This document shows, one piece after another, positions 41,013 through 50,825 of a stretch of 64,000 nucleotides of DNA. Both the position numbers and the translations under genes were made by a program. The stretch is from positions 195,817 through 259,816 of the forward strand of contig JADJKO010000006.1 of assembly GCA_016705955.1 (NCBI GenBank). The letters run 5' to 3'. The number at the start of each line of letters is the position of its first letter. Positions within the stretch are counted from its first letter, which is position 1. The notes under the pieces were generated by a model. That model made no database searches, was not told the DNA's origin, and saw only the letters and a program-made list of their open reading frames with translations. The stretch comes from Flavobacteriales bacterium (GTDB lineage Bacteria; Bacteroidota; Bacteroidia; Flavobacteriales_F; PHOS-HE28).

Positions 41013-41924
41013 ATGCACGCCCGTCGGAACGCCCTTTTGCTGTTGCACCTCACGGTGTTCATCTGGGGTTTCACCGGCATCCTCGGCAAACTAATCCAGC
41101 AGGGCACGTTGCATTTGGTGTACACCCGGACGGTGATCGCTGCGGTCGGCTTGGGGTTCGCCGCCGTGTGGATGAAGCGATCGATATCACTGCGCGCTCC
41201 GGGGTTGATCAACTACCTCTTGACCGGACTGTTGATCGCGGCACATTGGATCACCTTCTATGGTGCCATCAAGATCAGTACGGCCAGCATCGCAGCGGCG
41301 TGCCTCAGTACCAGCACGGTGTTCACCGCGCTGCTCGAACCGTTCTGGTTCAAACGTCGGATCCGTGTGTATGAGGTTGTGCTGGGCACAGTCGTCATCG
41401 CGGCGCTGCTCTTGATCTTCGGTATCGAATCCGAGTACCGCTTGGGCATCGCGGTCGGTGTGCTCAGTGCTTTCCTCAGTGCGTGGTTCAACATCATCAA
41501 CGCGGTGCTGGTGCAGCGGGACAATGTGGTCCGTATCGGGTTCTATGAAATGGCAAGCGTGGCTCTGGTCATGGGGGTCGGCCTGTGGGTGGTCGGTGAT
41601 CTGCCGCCTCCGTTGTGGGAACTTCCCACGAGTGACATCATCTATCACTTGATCCTCGGCCTCGTCTGTACGTCGTTCTCCTTCGTCACCGGCATCCTTG
41701 TCATGCGGCAGCTCTCGCCGTTCACCGTCATGCTCACGGTGAATCTTGAACCGGTGTACACGATCCTCATCGCACTTCTGATCTGGGGTGAAGAAGAACG
41801 ATTGAGCCTTGGATCGTACTTGGGCATCGCCTTGATCCTTGGGTGCCTGTTGCTGAACGGCTGGTTCCAGAAGCGGCGCGAACGTACGGGACTAGTGGAA
41901 CCCGATCCCTTGGGTCGCGGGTAG
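41013..41924 (+). CDS. EamA/DMT-family transporter
   Basis: It has 10 TM helices arranged as two EamA repeats. Confidence 0.8.
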   Translation: MHARRNALLLLHLTVFIWGFTGILGKLIQQGTLHLVYTRTVIAAVGLGFAAVWMKRSISLRAPGLINYLLTGLLIAAHWITFYGAIKISTASIAAACLSTSTVFTALLEPFWFKRRIRVYEVVLGTVVIAALLLIFGIESEYRLGIAVGVLSAFLSAWFNIINAVLVQRDNVVRIGFYEMASVALVMGVGLWVVGDLPPPLWELPTSDIIYHLILGLVCTSFSFVTGILVMRQLSPFTVMLTVNLEPVYTILIALLIWGEEERLSLGSYLGIALILGCLLLNGWFQKRRERTGLVEPDPLGRG

Positions 41925-41954
41925 GGCCGCAGGTGTACGGATATCTTCGCTGCC

Positions 41955-43904
41955 ATGTCCGAGGTGATCCCTACTGCACAGGTCCAGTACTGCCCGAGCC
42001 TGGTCCGCTATGAGCGGTGGCGTACCCGTGAAGTGCGGGTAGGAAGTGTGGGCATCGGTGGTGAGAACCCCATCCGTGTGCAGAGCATGACCACCACGGA
42101 TACGATGGATACCGACGCGACGGTCGCGCAGAGCATCCGGATGATCGAGGCCGGGTGCGAACTCGTCCGCATCACAGCGCCGAGCAAGAAGGAAGCGGAG
42201 AATCTGTTGGAGATCAAGAAGCGGATCCGCGCTGCGGGCTTCGATGCACCCTTGGTGGCGGACATTCACTTCACACCGAACGCGGCGGAGATCGCAGCGC
42301 GCATCGTGGAGAAGGTGCGTGTGAACCCGGGCAACTACGCGGACAAGAAGAAATTCGATGTCCGCGAGTACACCGACGCGCAGTATGAAGACGAGTTGCA
42401 TCGCATACGCGAACGCTTTCTCCCACTGGTGCGCATCTGCAAAGAGCACGGCACCGCGATGCGGATCGGGACGAATCACGGAAGCTTGAGTGATCGCATC
42501 CTCAACCGTTACGGCGATACCCCACTCGGCATGGTGGAGAGCGCGTTCGAGTTCCTCCGTGTGTGCCGCGACGAGAACTACCACGAGATCGTCCTCAGTA
42601 TGAAGGCGAGCAACACACAAGTGATGGTGCAGGCATATCGCCTGTTGGTGCATCGCATGATGGAGCTCGGCTGGGACTATCCACTTCACCTCGGTGTTAC
42701 GGAAGCAGGTGATGGCGAGGACGGCCGGATCAAGAGCGCGGTAGGTATCGGCGCGTTGTTGGAGGATGGGCTTGGCGACACAGTGCGCGTGAGCCTGACC
42801 GAAGAACCCGAGCTGGAGATCCCGGTCGCGCAGGCACTGGTGCGGCGCTATTCGGATCGCAGCGGACACCACCCGATCCCGATGAGCGAACGCTGGCCGG
42901 TGCATCCTTTCGATCATGAGCGGCGCACTGCACAAGAGGTGTTGAACATGGGTGCGCGGCATGTTCCGGTGGTGATTGCGGATCTCAGCGCCAAAGAGAA
43001 GATCACGCCTGCGACATTGTTCGCATGGGGCTATCGTTACAGCGTCCCTCTGGACAAGTGGACCATCACCGATCAGGCGTGCGACTACGCATACATCGGT
43101 AAGAACAGCATCGACTTCGAGATCCCCGGAACGCTCGGGCTGGTGCAGGAGCACGCCACGTGGCTGCAGAACAAGGACAAGGAGCGCCACTATCCATTCC
43201 TGCAAGCGAAGGAGTTTCTGGCCGGTGTGGAACGACACCCGAAGTTCAACCTCGTCTACGCGACGCTTCCGCAACTCACACCGGAATTGATCGACGCACT
43301 GAAGGCGGATCGATCAGCAGTGTTGCTGATCGACACTTACAACGCACACGGTATGGCTGAGCAACGACGCCTGTTCGTGGAATTGATGAAGGCTGAATGC
43401 GAAGTGCCGGTGATCATCGGTCGCGCGTATGGTTCCATCACCAACGACGATATCGTTCTGCACAGCAGCACGGACATCGGTCCTCTGTTCCTCGATGGAC
43501 TTGGCGATGGGATCTTCATCGCCGATGAGGATGGCGGGCGCGAGGACCTCGTGTGTCGTACCGCGTTCGGGATCCTTCAAGCCACACGCACGCGTACGAG
43601 CAAGACGGAGTACATCAGTTGTCCCAGTTGCGGACGAACACTCTTCGACCTGCAAGAGACCACGACGAGGATCCGCGCACGCACCAGTCACCTGAAAGGA
43701 CTGAAGATCGGGATCATGGGCTGCATCGTGAACGGCCCCGGAGAGATGGCCGACGCCGATTATGGCTATGTGGGAACCGGCCCGGGTGTGATCACCTTGT
43801 ACAAGGAGAAGAACGTCGTGAAGCGCAACGTGCCGAGTGCGCAAGCGGTGGATGAACTCGTTGCTCTCATCAAGGAGCACGGCGATTGGGTGGAAGTGCC
43901 GTAA
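41955..43904 (+). CDS. ispG: 4-hydroxy-3-methylbut-2-en-1-yl diphosphate synthase (IspG/GcpE), long Bacteroidota-type with insert domain
   Basis: It has the GcpE TIM-barrel N-terminus (VGSVGIGGENPIRVQSMTTTDT). The C-terminal 4Fe-4S motif is CPSCGRT...GCIVNGPGE. The length is 649 aa. Confidence 0.95.
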   Translation: MSEVIPTAQVQYCPSLVRYERWRTREVRVGSVGIGGENPIRVQSMTTTDTMDTDATVAQSIRMIEAGCELVRITAPSKKEAENLLEIKKRIRAAGFDAPLVADIHFTPNAAEIAARIVEKVRVNPGNYADKKKFDVREYTDAQYEDELHRIRERFLPLVRICKEHGTAMRIGTNHGSLSDRILNRYGDTPLGMVESAFEFLRVCRDENYHEIVLSMKASNTQVMVQAYRLLVHRMMELGWDYPLHLGVTEAGDGEDGRIKSAVGIGALLEDGLGDTVRVSLTEEPELEIPVAQALVRRYSDRSGHHPIPMSERWPVHPFDHERRTAQEVLNMGARHVPVVIADLSAKEKITPATLFAWGYRYSVPLDKWTITDQACDYAYIGKNSIDFEIPGTLGLVQEHATWLQNKDKERHYPFLQAKEFLAGVERHPKFNLVYATLPQLTPELIDALKADRSAVLLIDTYNAHGMAEQRRLFVELMKAECEVPVIIGRAYGSITNDDIVLHSSTDIGPLFLDGLGDGIFIADEDGGREDLVCRTAFGILQATRTRTSKTEYISCPSCGRTLFDLQETTTRIRARTSHLKGLKIGIMGCIVNGPGEMADADYGYVGTGPGVITLYKEKNVVKRNVPSAQAVDELVALIKEHGDWVEVP

Positions 43905-43914
43905 TGATTCGGAT

Positions 43915-44685
43915 CTATTTCTGCGCGGAAAAGCGAATTGCCAAGTTGTACTGCACGTCAACAGGCTTACCACGCTGTTTGCCTGGGTTCCATTTGGGCA
44001 TTGCGTTGATAACACGAAGCGCCTCTTCGTCACATCCCGAGCCAATGCCACTCTTGACCTTGGCATCTCTGATACCTCCTGTTTGGGTTACGATGAAAGT
44101 CACATGCACCGTACCGGCAACGCCGGCTGACTGTGCCGTAGCCGGATAGCGTAAGTTTTCGCGTATGTATTGCATAAGTGCGGCTTCCCCGTTTGGGAAA
44201 CTTGGCATTTCTTCATCGATAGCAAAGCTGGTTGGTTCCTTACGAATGGGCGCGGGGATGGCCATGGATCTCATCAAATTCCAACTGAAGGCCTTGGCAG
44301 CCTCGTCCCAATCATACATGGCTGTCCAATAGTCCTCCTTAGCCTTTTGCCAAACCTCAACCTTGCTGGATACGTGAGGAACGCACAGGTATTTCAGAAA
44401 GGCGGTGTTCTTCCGCTCATGAATTATCAATGTTGCACATGGAAGCGAATCAACTTCGCGACAGAGGTGTTTGATAGTTGTGGTTCGTGAGAATCCCTGA
44501 TACGGCACATCGAACTGACCGACATCGGTGAAGTAGTATCCGCGCTTCATATCAAGCCCGCTTTCGAGTTGGATCCTATACCCTTTCGTCAAGTAGTTGT
44601 ATTCATCCATCGTCGTTTGCGCATATGTGATCGACGGTGCTAGAAGGACCAACTGGAACAGAATACCGCGTACTCGGAGTTTCAT
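43915..44685 (-). CDS. secreted TonB C-terminal-domain protein (lower-GC gene)
   Basis: It has a signal peptide, MKLRVRGILFQLVLLAPSITYAQ. The C-terminal TonB_C pattern is EMPSFPNGEAALMQYIRENLRYPATAQSAGVAGTVHVTFIV...GCDEEALRVINAMPKWNPGKQRGKPV. GC is about 48%, against about 61% in the flanks. Confidence 0.75.
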   Translation of the reverse strand: MKLRVRGILFQLVLLAPSITYAQTTMDEYNYLTKGYRIQLESGLDMKRGYYFTDVGQFDVPYQGFSRTTTIKHLCREVDSLPCATLIIHERKNTAFLKYLCVPHVSSKVEVWQKAKEDYWTAMYDWDEAAKAFSWNLMRSMAIPAPIRKEPTSFAIDEEMPSFPNGEAALMQYIRENLRYPATAQSAGVAGTVHVTFIVTQTGGIRDAKVKSGIGSGCDEEALRVINAMPKWNPGKQRGKPVDVQYNLAIRFSAQK

Positions 44686-44822
44686 GTGTACTGTTGTTGA
44701 TTGTAAGTCGAAAGTAGTCTTCGCAAACGACAATCATGCCATCGCGAGGTCCAAGTGGCGATCATCGTTTTGCGGCACTTAGTGGGTGGATGCACACTCA
44801 ATGTTCAGATTCAAGTTGACGG

Positions 44823-45440
44823 ATGAAGAACACTTTACTAGCGACACTGGTCGCCTTCGCGCTGTCAATTCCGGCGAGCGCCCAGCGCACGCGAGGATTG
44901 GAACAGATCGCATACACGCTTGCCGGTTCATACACCAGCGCCGAACAAGCGAAATCGGACATCAGTTATTTCGAGATCGAACTGGAAATGGTGCGCATCT
45001 GGCCGAAGCGGAAGGATGGCGCATGGTTCTATGTGGAACAGGCGATCGCCGCGAACAAAGCGAAGCCCTATCGCCAGCGCGTGTACCATGTGCAGGAGAT
45101 CAATGACAGCACTTACACGAGCGACATCCACACCATCAAGGGCGGCGAAGCGTTGTTCGGGATCTACAACGATCCGGTAGCGCTTGAAGCGATCAATCCG
45201 GATTCGCTCGGCCTACTGGACGGATGTACGATCACGTTGCAGCGGCGCGGGTCCGTGTACGTCGGTAGCACCCGTGGTCGGGATTGCTCGAACGCATGGG
45301 GGAAAGCAGCCTACGCCACGAGTGAGGTAAGCGTCTTCACCGATCGGATGGTGAGTTGGGATCGTGGCTACGACGCCAAGGGCGTCCAGGTCTGGGGCGC
45401 TGAGAAAGGCGGCTACGTCTTCATCAAACGCAAGCGCTAG
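44823..45440 (+). CDS. CpcT/CpeT-like (DUF1001, chromophore-lyase fold) secreted protein
   Basis: It has a signal peptide. The pattern SYTSAEQA...YFEIELEMVRIWPKRKDGAWFYVEQA...RQRVYHV...CTITLQRRG resembles the CpcT family. Confidence 0.65.
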   Translation: MKNTLLATLVAFALSIPASAQRTRGLEQIAYTLAGSYTSAEQAKSDISYFEIELEMVRIWPKRKDGAWFYVEQAIAANKAKPYRQRVYHVQEINDSTYTSDIHTIKGGEALFGIYNDPVALEAINPDSLGLLDGCTITLQRRGSVYVGSTRGRDCSNAWGKAAYATSEVSVFTDRMVSWDRGYDAKGVQVWGAEKGGYVFIKRKR

Positions 45441-45448
45441 AAAAGCAC

Positions 45449-45478
45449 CAAGGCCGCACCTTACGGGGTGCGGCCTTG
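45449..45478. terminator. bidirectional terminator hairpin between convergent genes
   Basis: There is a perfect 12-bp stem, caaggccgcacc / ggtgcggccttg, with loop ttacgg. T-stretches follow on both strands (aaaag upstream, tatttggtg downstream). Confidence 0.5.
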
Positions 45479-45749
45479 GGCTATGGTGTATTTGGTGTGG
45501 TTCAATCACAAGTGATCACCTGCGCGGTGGCCTGGGACGGCTCGCTACTTCCGTTGGTCATGGCGGCACATACGAGCAGGATCAGCAGTACGCTGGCCTG
45601 GATCAGGGTGCGGTGTTTCGTTTCCATGGTGGGGGTGTTCATTGGGGTTGCTTGGACCCTATGAACGGTCGCCGCACCGGCAGGTTTGGTGAATTCGACG
45701 GAAGCCCGATACCCGCCGATGGATCACTTGAGCGACTTCGGCAAGCCCA

Positions 45750-46034
45750 TTACCCCAGGTATTCCTTGATGGCCGCCACGTACTGTTCGAAGGCGGTAAT
45801 GCCCTGTGGCGTCAAGGCGCAAGAGGTGTTCGGATAGTTCTCCTTGAAGGTCTTCTTCACCTTGATGTAGCCGACCTCCTTCAGTTTGCTCAGTTGCACA
45901 CTCAGGTTCCCTCGCGTGGCCCCGGTCTTCTCCAGGATGAAGGTGAAGTCCGCCTCTTCCACACCCACCAAGAGGCTCACGACCGCAAGCCGTAGCTGGT
46001 TATGAAGAACAGGATCAAGCGGTGCGAAGGCCAT
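45750..46034 (-). CDS. winged-helix transcriptional regulator (small, MarR/PadR-like HTH)
   Basis: It is 94 aa. The pattern LRLAVVSLLV...FTFILEKTGATRGNLSVQLSKLKEVGYIKVKK is a wHTH motif. Confidence 0.6.
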   Translation of the reverse strand: MAFAPLDPVLHNQLRLAVVSLLVGVEEADFTFILEKTGATRGNLSVQLSKLKEVGYIKVKKTFKENYPNTSCALTPQGITAFEQYVAAIKEYLG

Positions 46035-46602
46035 CCTCTTGATTCTTCAACATGAGTCCCGGAATGATATACCCGAAGAACATCGAACCACAATACAGCG
46101 CCGTCAGCGTGAGTGGGTCATTCGTGAAGTGCATGGCCAGTCCTGCGATCCAGAAGAGCACACCGCCGATGATGAGCGGTTTGAAGCGCATGATCTGTCC
46201 GGTGAGGAAGGTTGCGAAACCGGTGAGGAGGGTGATCATTCCGCCGGGATCCTGATGATTTGAAACGCTGGCAGCGATCACGATCATCATAGTGATCACA
46301 AAGGCCCCCCAGATCCAACCGATCACGCGGTCCATCGGATTGTTCACCGGTTGTCGACGCCCTTCTCGTGCCCCATGGATCGAACTGAGGATCCCGCCAA
46401 TAAGGCCGGCAATGCCCCATGAGGCCCCTTGGGAGAACGCTTCGGATCCATTCCGAAGTAGATAGGTCGCTGCCATCGCAACGATCAGCAACACTCCCCA
46501 CAGGAGGAAGTAGAAGCTCATGCGTGAAAAGCTCTTCTTGGCCTGGCCGATCATGCTTTCGATCACCTTCAGGCTTTGTTCGGGAGTGAGGTCTTTGTCC
46601 AT
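46015..46602 (-). CDS. hypothetical membrane protein (operon partner of the wHTH regulator)
   Basis: It is 195 aa from the ATG at 46602 and has 4-5 TM helices. It overlaps the regulator start by 20 nt. Confidence 0.5.
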   Translation of the reverse strand: MDKDLTPEQSLKVIESMIGQAKKSFSRMSFYFLLWGVLLIVAMAATYLLRNGSEAFSQGASWGIAGLIGGILSSIHGAREGRRQPVNNPMDRVIGWIWGAFVITMMIVIAASVSNHQDPGGMITLLTGFATFLTGQIMRFKPLIIGGVLFWIAGLAMHFTNDPLTLTALYCGSMFFGYIIPGLMLKNQEDGLRTA

Positions 46603-46676
46603 GGTTGTTGGTTTGAACGGGACAAACATAAACCAGTTTACAACATAAACCAAATGATCCGAGATCTTTGTTCACC

Positions 46677-47321
46677 ATGAAGACCATTCTTCTTGCCGGG
46701 GCGACGGGCTTGATCGGGAACGAGGTGCTGGAACAGCTACTGATTGGCGACGGGTCCGATCGGGTGATCACCCTTTCGCGGAGGCCGATCGAAAAGGGAA
46801 GCGGTTCGTTCGAGCAATGGGTCGCGAATGATCTCCTCTCCGCGCTGACACAGGAACCGGTTGATGCGGTGATCTGTTGCTTGGGCACCACCATGCGCAA
46901 CGTCGGTGGGGACAAGCAGCGCTTCATTCATGTGGACAAGGATCTGGTCCTTGGCTTGGGCCGATGGGCGAAGGCACAGGGCGTCCGAACTTTCATCGTA
47001 GTGAGTTCCATGGGCGCGGATCCTGGTTCCCGCTTCTTCTACAATCGCGTCAAGGGTGAAATGGAAGAAGGCCTGAAGGCGATCGATCTTCCGACGCTTC
47101 ACATCTTCCAACCATCCATACTTACGGGGCCAAGGAAGGAACGCCGCACTGGCGAGCGGATCGGGATCGCAGTGATGAACTTCCTGTCTCCACTGTTACC
47201 CGCGCGGTTGCGACCAATGCCTCACGACGCGCTCGCCAAAGCGATCATCAACGCATTGCGATCGGAGGGAAGCGGCACGTACCTGAACGCGGAGATCCTC
47301 GCCTTGGCCGATCAGAAGTGA
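46677..47321 (+). CDS. NAD(P)H-binding oxidoreductase (NmrA/semialdehyde-DH-like Rossmann protein)
   Basis: The N-terminal Rossmann motif is MKTILLAGATGLIGNEV. The length is about 214 aa. Confidence 0.7.
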   Translation: MKTILLAGATGLIGNEVLEQLLIGDGSDRVITLSRRPIEKGSGSFEQWVANDLLSALTQEPVDAVICCLGTTMRNVGGDKQRFIHVDKDLVLGLGRWAKAQGVRTFIVVSSMGADPGSRFFYNRVKGEMEEGLKAIDLPTLHIFQPSILTGPRKERRTGERIGIAVMNFLSPLLPARLRPMPHDALAKAIINALRSEGSGTYLNAEILALADQK

Positions 47322-48586
47322 GCGAGCTTGCGGTGATGGATCGCAGCCTCGGCCTCATCGAGTTTCACGGTCAAGCTGTCGCGCACCTGATCGAACGCGA
47401 CCTGTTGATCCGCCGGCACTGGGTCAGCGCTCGGGAAGACCTCACGACGCGGATCCACCTGCACGCCGTTCTTCCAAAAGCGGAAACACACGTGCGGTCC
47501 CGTGGCCAATCCGGTGCTGCCCACCTCGCCGATCACATCGCCCTGCTTCACGCGTTGGCCTTGGCGCGCCAGGATCTTTCGCATGTGGAGGTACTGGGTC
47601 GTGTAGGTTCCGTTGTGCCGGATCTTCACGAAGTTGCCGTTGCCTCCGGTTCGTCCGGCAACCTCCACCACGCCATCACCCACGCTCAGGATGGGCGTGC
47701 CGTAGGGTGCGGCGTAGTCCGTTCCCAAGTGCGCCTTGAACACCTTCTGCACCGGATGCAATCGTCGCTGTGTGAACCCCGATGAAACGCGGCTGAACTT
47801 CAGCGGAGCTTTCAGGAAGGCCTTTCGAAGGTTGTCACCACTATCGTCGAAGTACCCGGCGTCACGGCCTTCACCGAACCGGAAGGCCGTCTTGTCCACA
47901 CCATCATTCGTGTACCGGGCGGCCACGATCTTCGGCACACCCACGCGCTCGCCATCCACGGTGCGCTCATCATATACCACGCTGAATACATCACCCTTCT
48001 GGATGCGATAGAAATCCACTGTCCACGCGAAGATCTCGCTCAACAATACGGCAAGCACCGGATCGGCACCCGCGGTGGACAGGTCGTTATACAACGCACC
48101 GGTGACCGCACAGGCGATCTCCGAACGTCGGATCTCCACTGGTCGGTGTCCGACGGAAACGCTCAGGCTATCATCACGCAGGTCGAACACAACATATTCC
48201 ACCGGATCGGATTCATAGATGAAGTAGGCGGGGATCGTGCCTTGCTCCGGAAAGATGAAGGCGTACGGGAACCCGGACCGCAACTTCCGCACATCGAACA
48301 AGCCTTTGGCACGATCGACCAGCGCATGGACCGCGGTCATCGGCACACCGTTCCCGCCAAGAAGATCACCGAAGGTGGAACCGGACTTCACGGAACCTTC
48401 ACGCAGCACGAATCCTTCCATGGGGATCCCGTAAGCTGAAGGTGCCGGTAAAGGGATGGCCACACTGTCCACGGTGATCGGCTCCGCGACGTACTCCTCT
48501 CGGGGCTGAACATCCACTCCGATCAGCACATACACCGCACCGGCCGCGATCACACCGGCCATTGTCCACTTCATCCATCGTTGCAT
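47312..48586 (-). CDS. M23 family metallopeptidase (LytM domain) with N-terminal TM anchor
   Basis: It has a TM helix (MAGVIAAGAVYVLIG). The LytM motifs are HLGTDYAAPYGTPILSVGDGVV and ATGPHVCFRF. The true start is the ATG at 48586. The track ORF start at 49003 is an upstream extension. Confidence 0.85.
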   Translation of the reverse strand: MQRWMKWTMAGVIAAGAVYVLIGVDVQPREEYVAEPITVDSVAIPLPAPSAYGIPMEGFVLREGSVKSGSTFGDLLGGNGVPMTAVHALVDRAKGLFDVRKLRSGFPYAFIFPEQGTIPAYFIYESDPVEYVVFDLRDDSLSVSVGHRPVEIRRSEIACAVTGALYNDLSTAGADPVLAVLLSEIFAWTVDFYRIQKGDVFSVVYDERTVDGERVGVPKIVAARYTNDGVDKTAFRFGEGRDAGYFDDSGDNLRKAFLKAPLKFSRVSSGFTQRRLHPVQKVFKAHLGTDYAAPYGTPILSVGDGVVEVAGRTGGNGNFVKIRHNGTYTTQYLHMRKILARQGQRVKQGDVIGEVGSTGLATGPHVCFRFWKNGVQVDPRREVFPSADPVPADQQVAFDQVRDSLTVKLDEAEAAIHHRKLAHF

Positions 48587-48728
48587 GCGCCGCAAATAAG
48601 TACAATGTGTGCTTCCGTTCACAGGTGGGATCCGGATCATTTCCACGGGACGCTGGTGAGATCCGGATGATCCGTTCGAGCGGCGCAATGGCGCGGCGCT
48701 ACTTTCGGCGCTATGCCAAGCGCCTCTA

Positions 48729-49912
48729 ATGCGTGAGCGAAAGCGTATCGCCATCATCGGTGGCGGACCAGCCGCACTGGTCGCTGCCGATGCGCTGGCA
48801 CCGCACCACGAAGTGCATGTGTATGAGCAAGGCCGATCGGTTGGCCGCAAATTCCTGGTCGCCGGACAAGGTGGCTTCAACCTCACGAATAGCGCTGATG
48901 GACCAGCGCTCGCTGCGATGTACTCACCCGCGGGCTTTCTGAATGAAGCACTCGGAGCATTCGGATCGAACGCCTTTCGCGAGTGGCTGTCGGAACTCGG
49001 CATCGAAACCTATGTAGGCACGAGCGGTCGCGTGTTCCCAACGAAGGGAACGAAACCGGTCGAGGTACTCAACGTCATGCGCGAGCGATCGCTGGAGCGC
49101 GGCGTTCACTTCCACTTGGAACACACGTTCGTTGGTTTCGATGAGCACACGAATGCCATTATTGAGCACGGCGGAGCACGTTCGAGTCTCGCTGCGCACT
49201 TCACGATCTTCTCCTTGGGCGGGGCCTCCTGGTCGGTTACCGGATCCACCGGAACATGGTCCGGACATTTCGCACAGCTCGGTATTGAGGTCACGCCGTT
49301 CCGATCTTCGAACTGTGGTGTGAAGATCGAATGGCCCGGATCCTTCGCGCGTGACCATGCGGGTAAGCCATTGAAGAACATCAGTGTTTCAGCGGGCGAT
49401 CATTCGAGCATCGGCGAAGCCACGATCACCCAGCATGGCTTGGAAGGGAATGCCATCTATCCGGTGGTACCGGCGTTGCGTGATGCGATCGCCAACGGTA
49501 CAGGAGCGCTGTTGCATCTCGACCTGAAACCGAACAATACAACGGATCAGTTACTCCAGAAGATCGCGGGCAAGGAGCCGAAGAACTATGCCGCAGCATT
49601 GAATCTGGACCGCGCGACCATGGCGCTTCTGAAAGCCTTCACCACCAAGGAGCGCTTTCACTCCCCATTCGCGTTCGTTCAGGACGTGAAGGGTCTTCAG
49701 CTGCCGGTCACTGCATTGCGACCGATAGAGGAGGCCATCTCCACGGTCGGCGGCATTGCCCCGTCGGAACTGGCGCCGGACTTTTCCCTGAAGAGGTACG
49801 CCTCTTCACCGTTGGCGAAATGGTGGACTGGGATGCACCAACGGGCGGTTTCCTCTTGCAAGGCTGCTATTCCATGGGATGGTACGCCGCGCATGCCATA
49901 CTTGAACGCTGA
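48729..49912 (+). CDS. FAD-dependent oxidoreductase, HI0933/BaiN family; apparent -1 frameshift near 49793-49796
   Basis: The FAD-binding site is RIAIIGGGPAALVAAD. Adding one G at ctgaagaggta restores the conserved C-terminus ...LFTVGEMVDWDAPTGGFLLQGCYSMGWYAAHAILER, with a stop at 49910-49912. The uncorrected ORF (to 50123) would run into sdhC. Confidence 0.8.
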
Positions 49913-49966
49913 CCGGAGTCCTGCTGGTTCGTTTCATGCAATTCCGAACAGCGCGGCGTTCGCTTC

Positions 49967-50001
49967 TTGCTTCCGCACTTTCAACCCCGCTCGTAAGTTT
50001 G
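49967..50001 (+). promoter_or_regulatory. candidate Bacteroidota sigma-A promoter (TTG ... TAAGTTTG) upstream of sdhC
   Basis: The -7-like box taagtttg lies at 49994-50001, 20 nt before the ATG. A TTG lies at 49967-49969 with 24-nt spacing, which is longer than the consensus 19-21. Confidence 0.25.
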
Positions 50002-50020
50002 CGGCGCTCAACGCAACAGC

Positions 50021-50710
50021 ATGGCTCGCCAAGGACTCTTCGGTTCCTCCCTCGTCAAGAAGTATTGGATGGCCCTCACGGGCCTTTTCCTTATCACCTT
50101 CCTCGTGGTGCATGCCGGGGTGAACGCGATGATCTTCTGGAACGACGGCGGTGTCACCTTCAACATGGTGGCCCACTTCTTCGGTACCAACATCTTCATC
50201 CGCACCATGGAGATCGTGCTTTTCCTGGGGCTTATCGCCCATGTGGTGGACGGCCTGATGCTCTGGCGCCAGAACCGCGCGGCGCGTCCGGTGAAGTACG
50301 CGATGGAGAAGGGCAGTGCGAGCCGCAGTTGGTACAGTGCGAGCATGGGCATACTCGGAACGCTCATCCTTCTCTTCCTGATCGTACACCTCTGGCATTT
50401 CTGGGTGAAGAGCCGCGGCATCGTCGGAAGTCTCGACGAGTTACCCCTTGATCCGGAAGGGCAAGAGAACCTCTTCGCGTTGATGGTGCAGACCTTCGAG
50501 AACCCGATCGTGGTGGTGATCTACGTGCTAGGTTGCTTCAGTTTGTTCTGGCATTTGCTCCACGGTTTCAAGAGCGCGTTCCAATCGCTCGGCTTGAACC
50601 ACAAGCGGTACAATCCGATCATCGCCGCGTTCGGTGTCGTCTTCAGCATCATCGTTCCAACGCTCTTCGCACTGATGCCGGTGAGCATGTACTTCGGATG
50701 GATCCAATGA
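50021..50710 (+). CDS. sdhC: succinate dehydrogenase/fumarate reductase cytochrome b subunit (b558 family)
   Basis: It has five TM helices with the conserved heme-ligand histidines. It lies directly upstream of the flavoprotein and Fe-S subunits. Confidence 0.85.
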   Translation: MARQGLFGSSLVKKYWMALTGLFLITFLVVHAGVNAMIFWNDGGVTFNMVAHFFGTNIFIRTMEIVLFLGLIAHVVDGLMLWRQNRAARPVKYAMEKGSASRSWYSASMGILGTLILLFLIVHLWHFWVKSRGIVGSLDELPLDPEGQENLFALMVQTFENPIVVVIYVLGCFSLFWHLLHGFKSAFQSLGLNHKRYNPIIAAFGVVFSIIVPTLFALMPVSMYFGWIQ

Positions 50711-50825
50711 AGCCCTCCACCCACAAGCCTGCCGCTCGTTGCGTGTTGACGGGTTACGTGTTGCGCGTTGAATGCGCACCAACACGGAACACGAAACACG
50801 CTAACTCGTAACGCATTTGCATTCC

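Noticed and set aside
41892-43274. 460-aa minus-strand ORF
   Set aside because: It is antisense to ispG, with no domain signal.
45441-45749. Possible tRNA or small RNA in gene-free stretches (2100-2375, 32932-33019 and 45441-45749)
   Set aside because: No cloverleaf-compatible sequence was found (no GTTCRANYC T-loop with matching acceptor stem). No rRNA-like segments were seen either. tRNAscan or Infernal should still be run.
49913-50123. The flavoprotein ORF extending to 50123 and overlapping sdhC
   Set aside because: The C-terminal 70 aa of that frame are low-complexity. A -1 frame gives the conserved HI0933 C-terminus ending at 49912, so the overlap with sdhC is an artefact of the homopolymer deletion.
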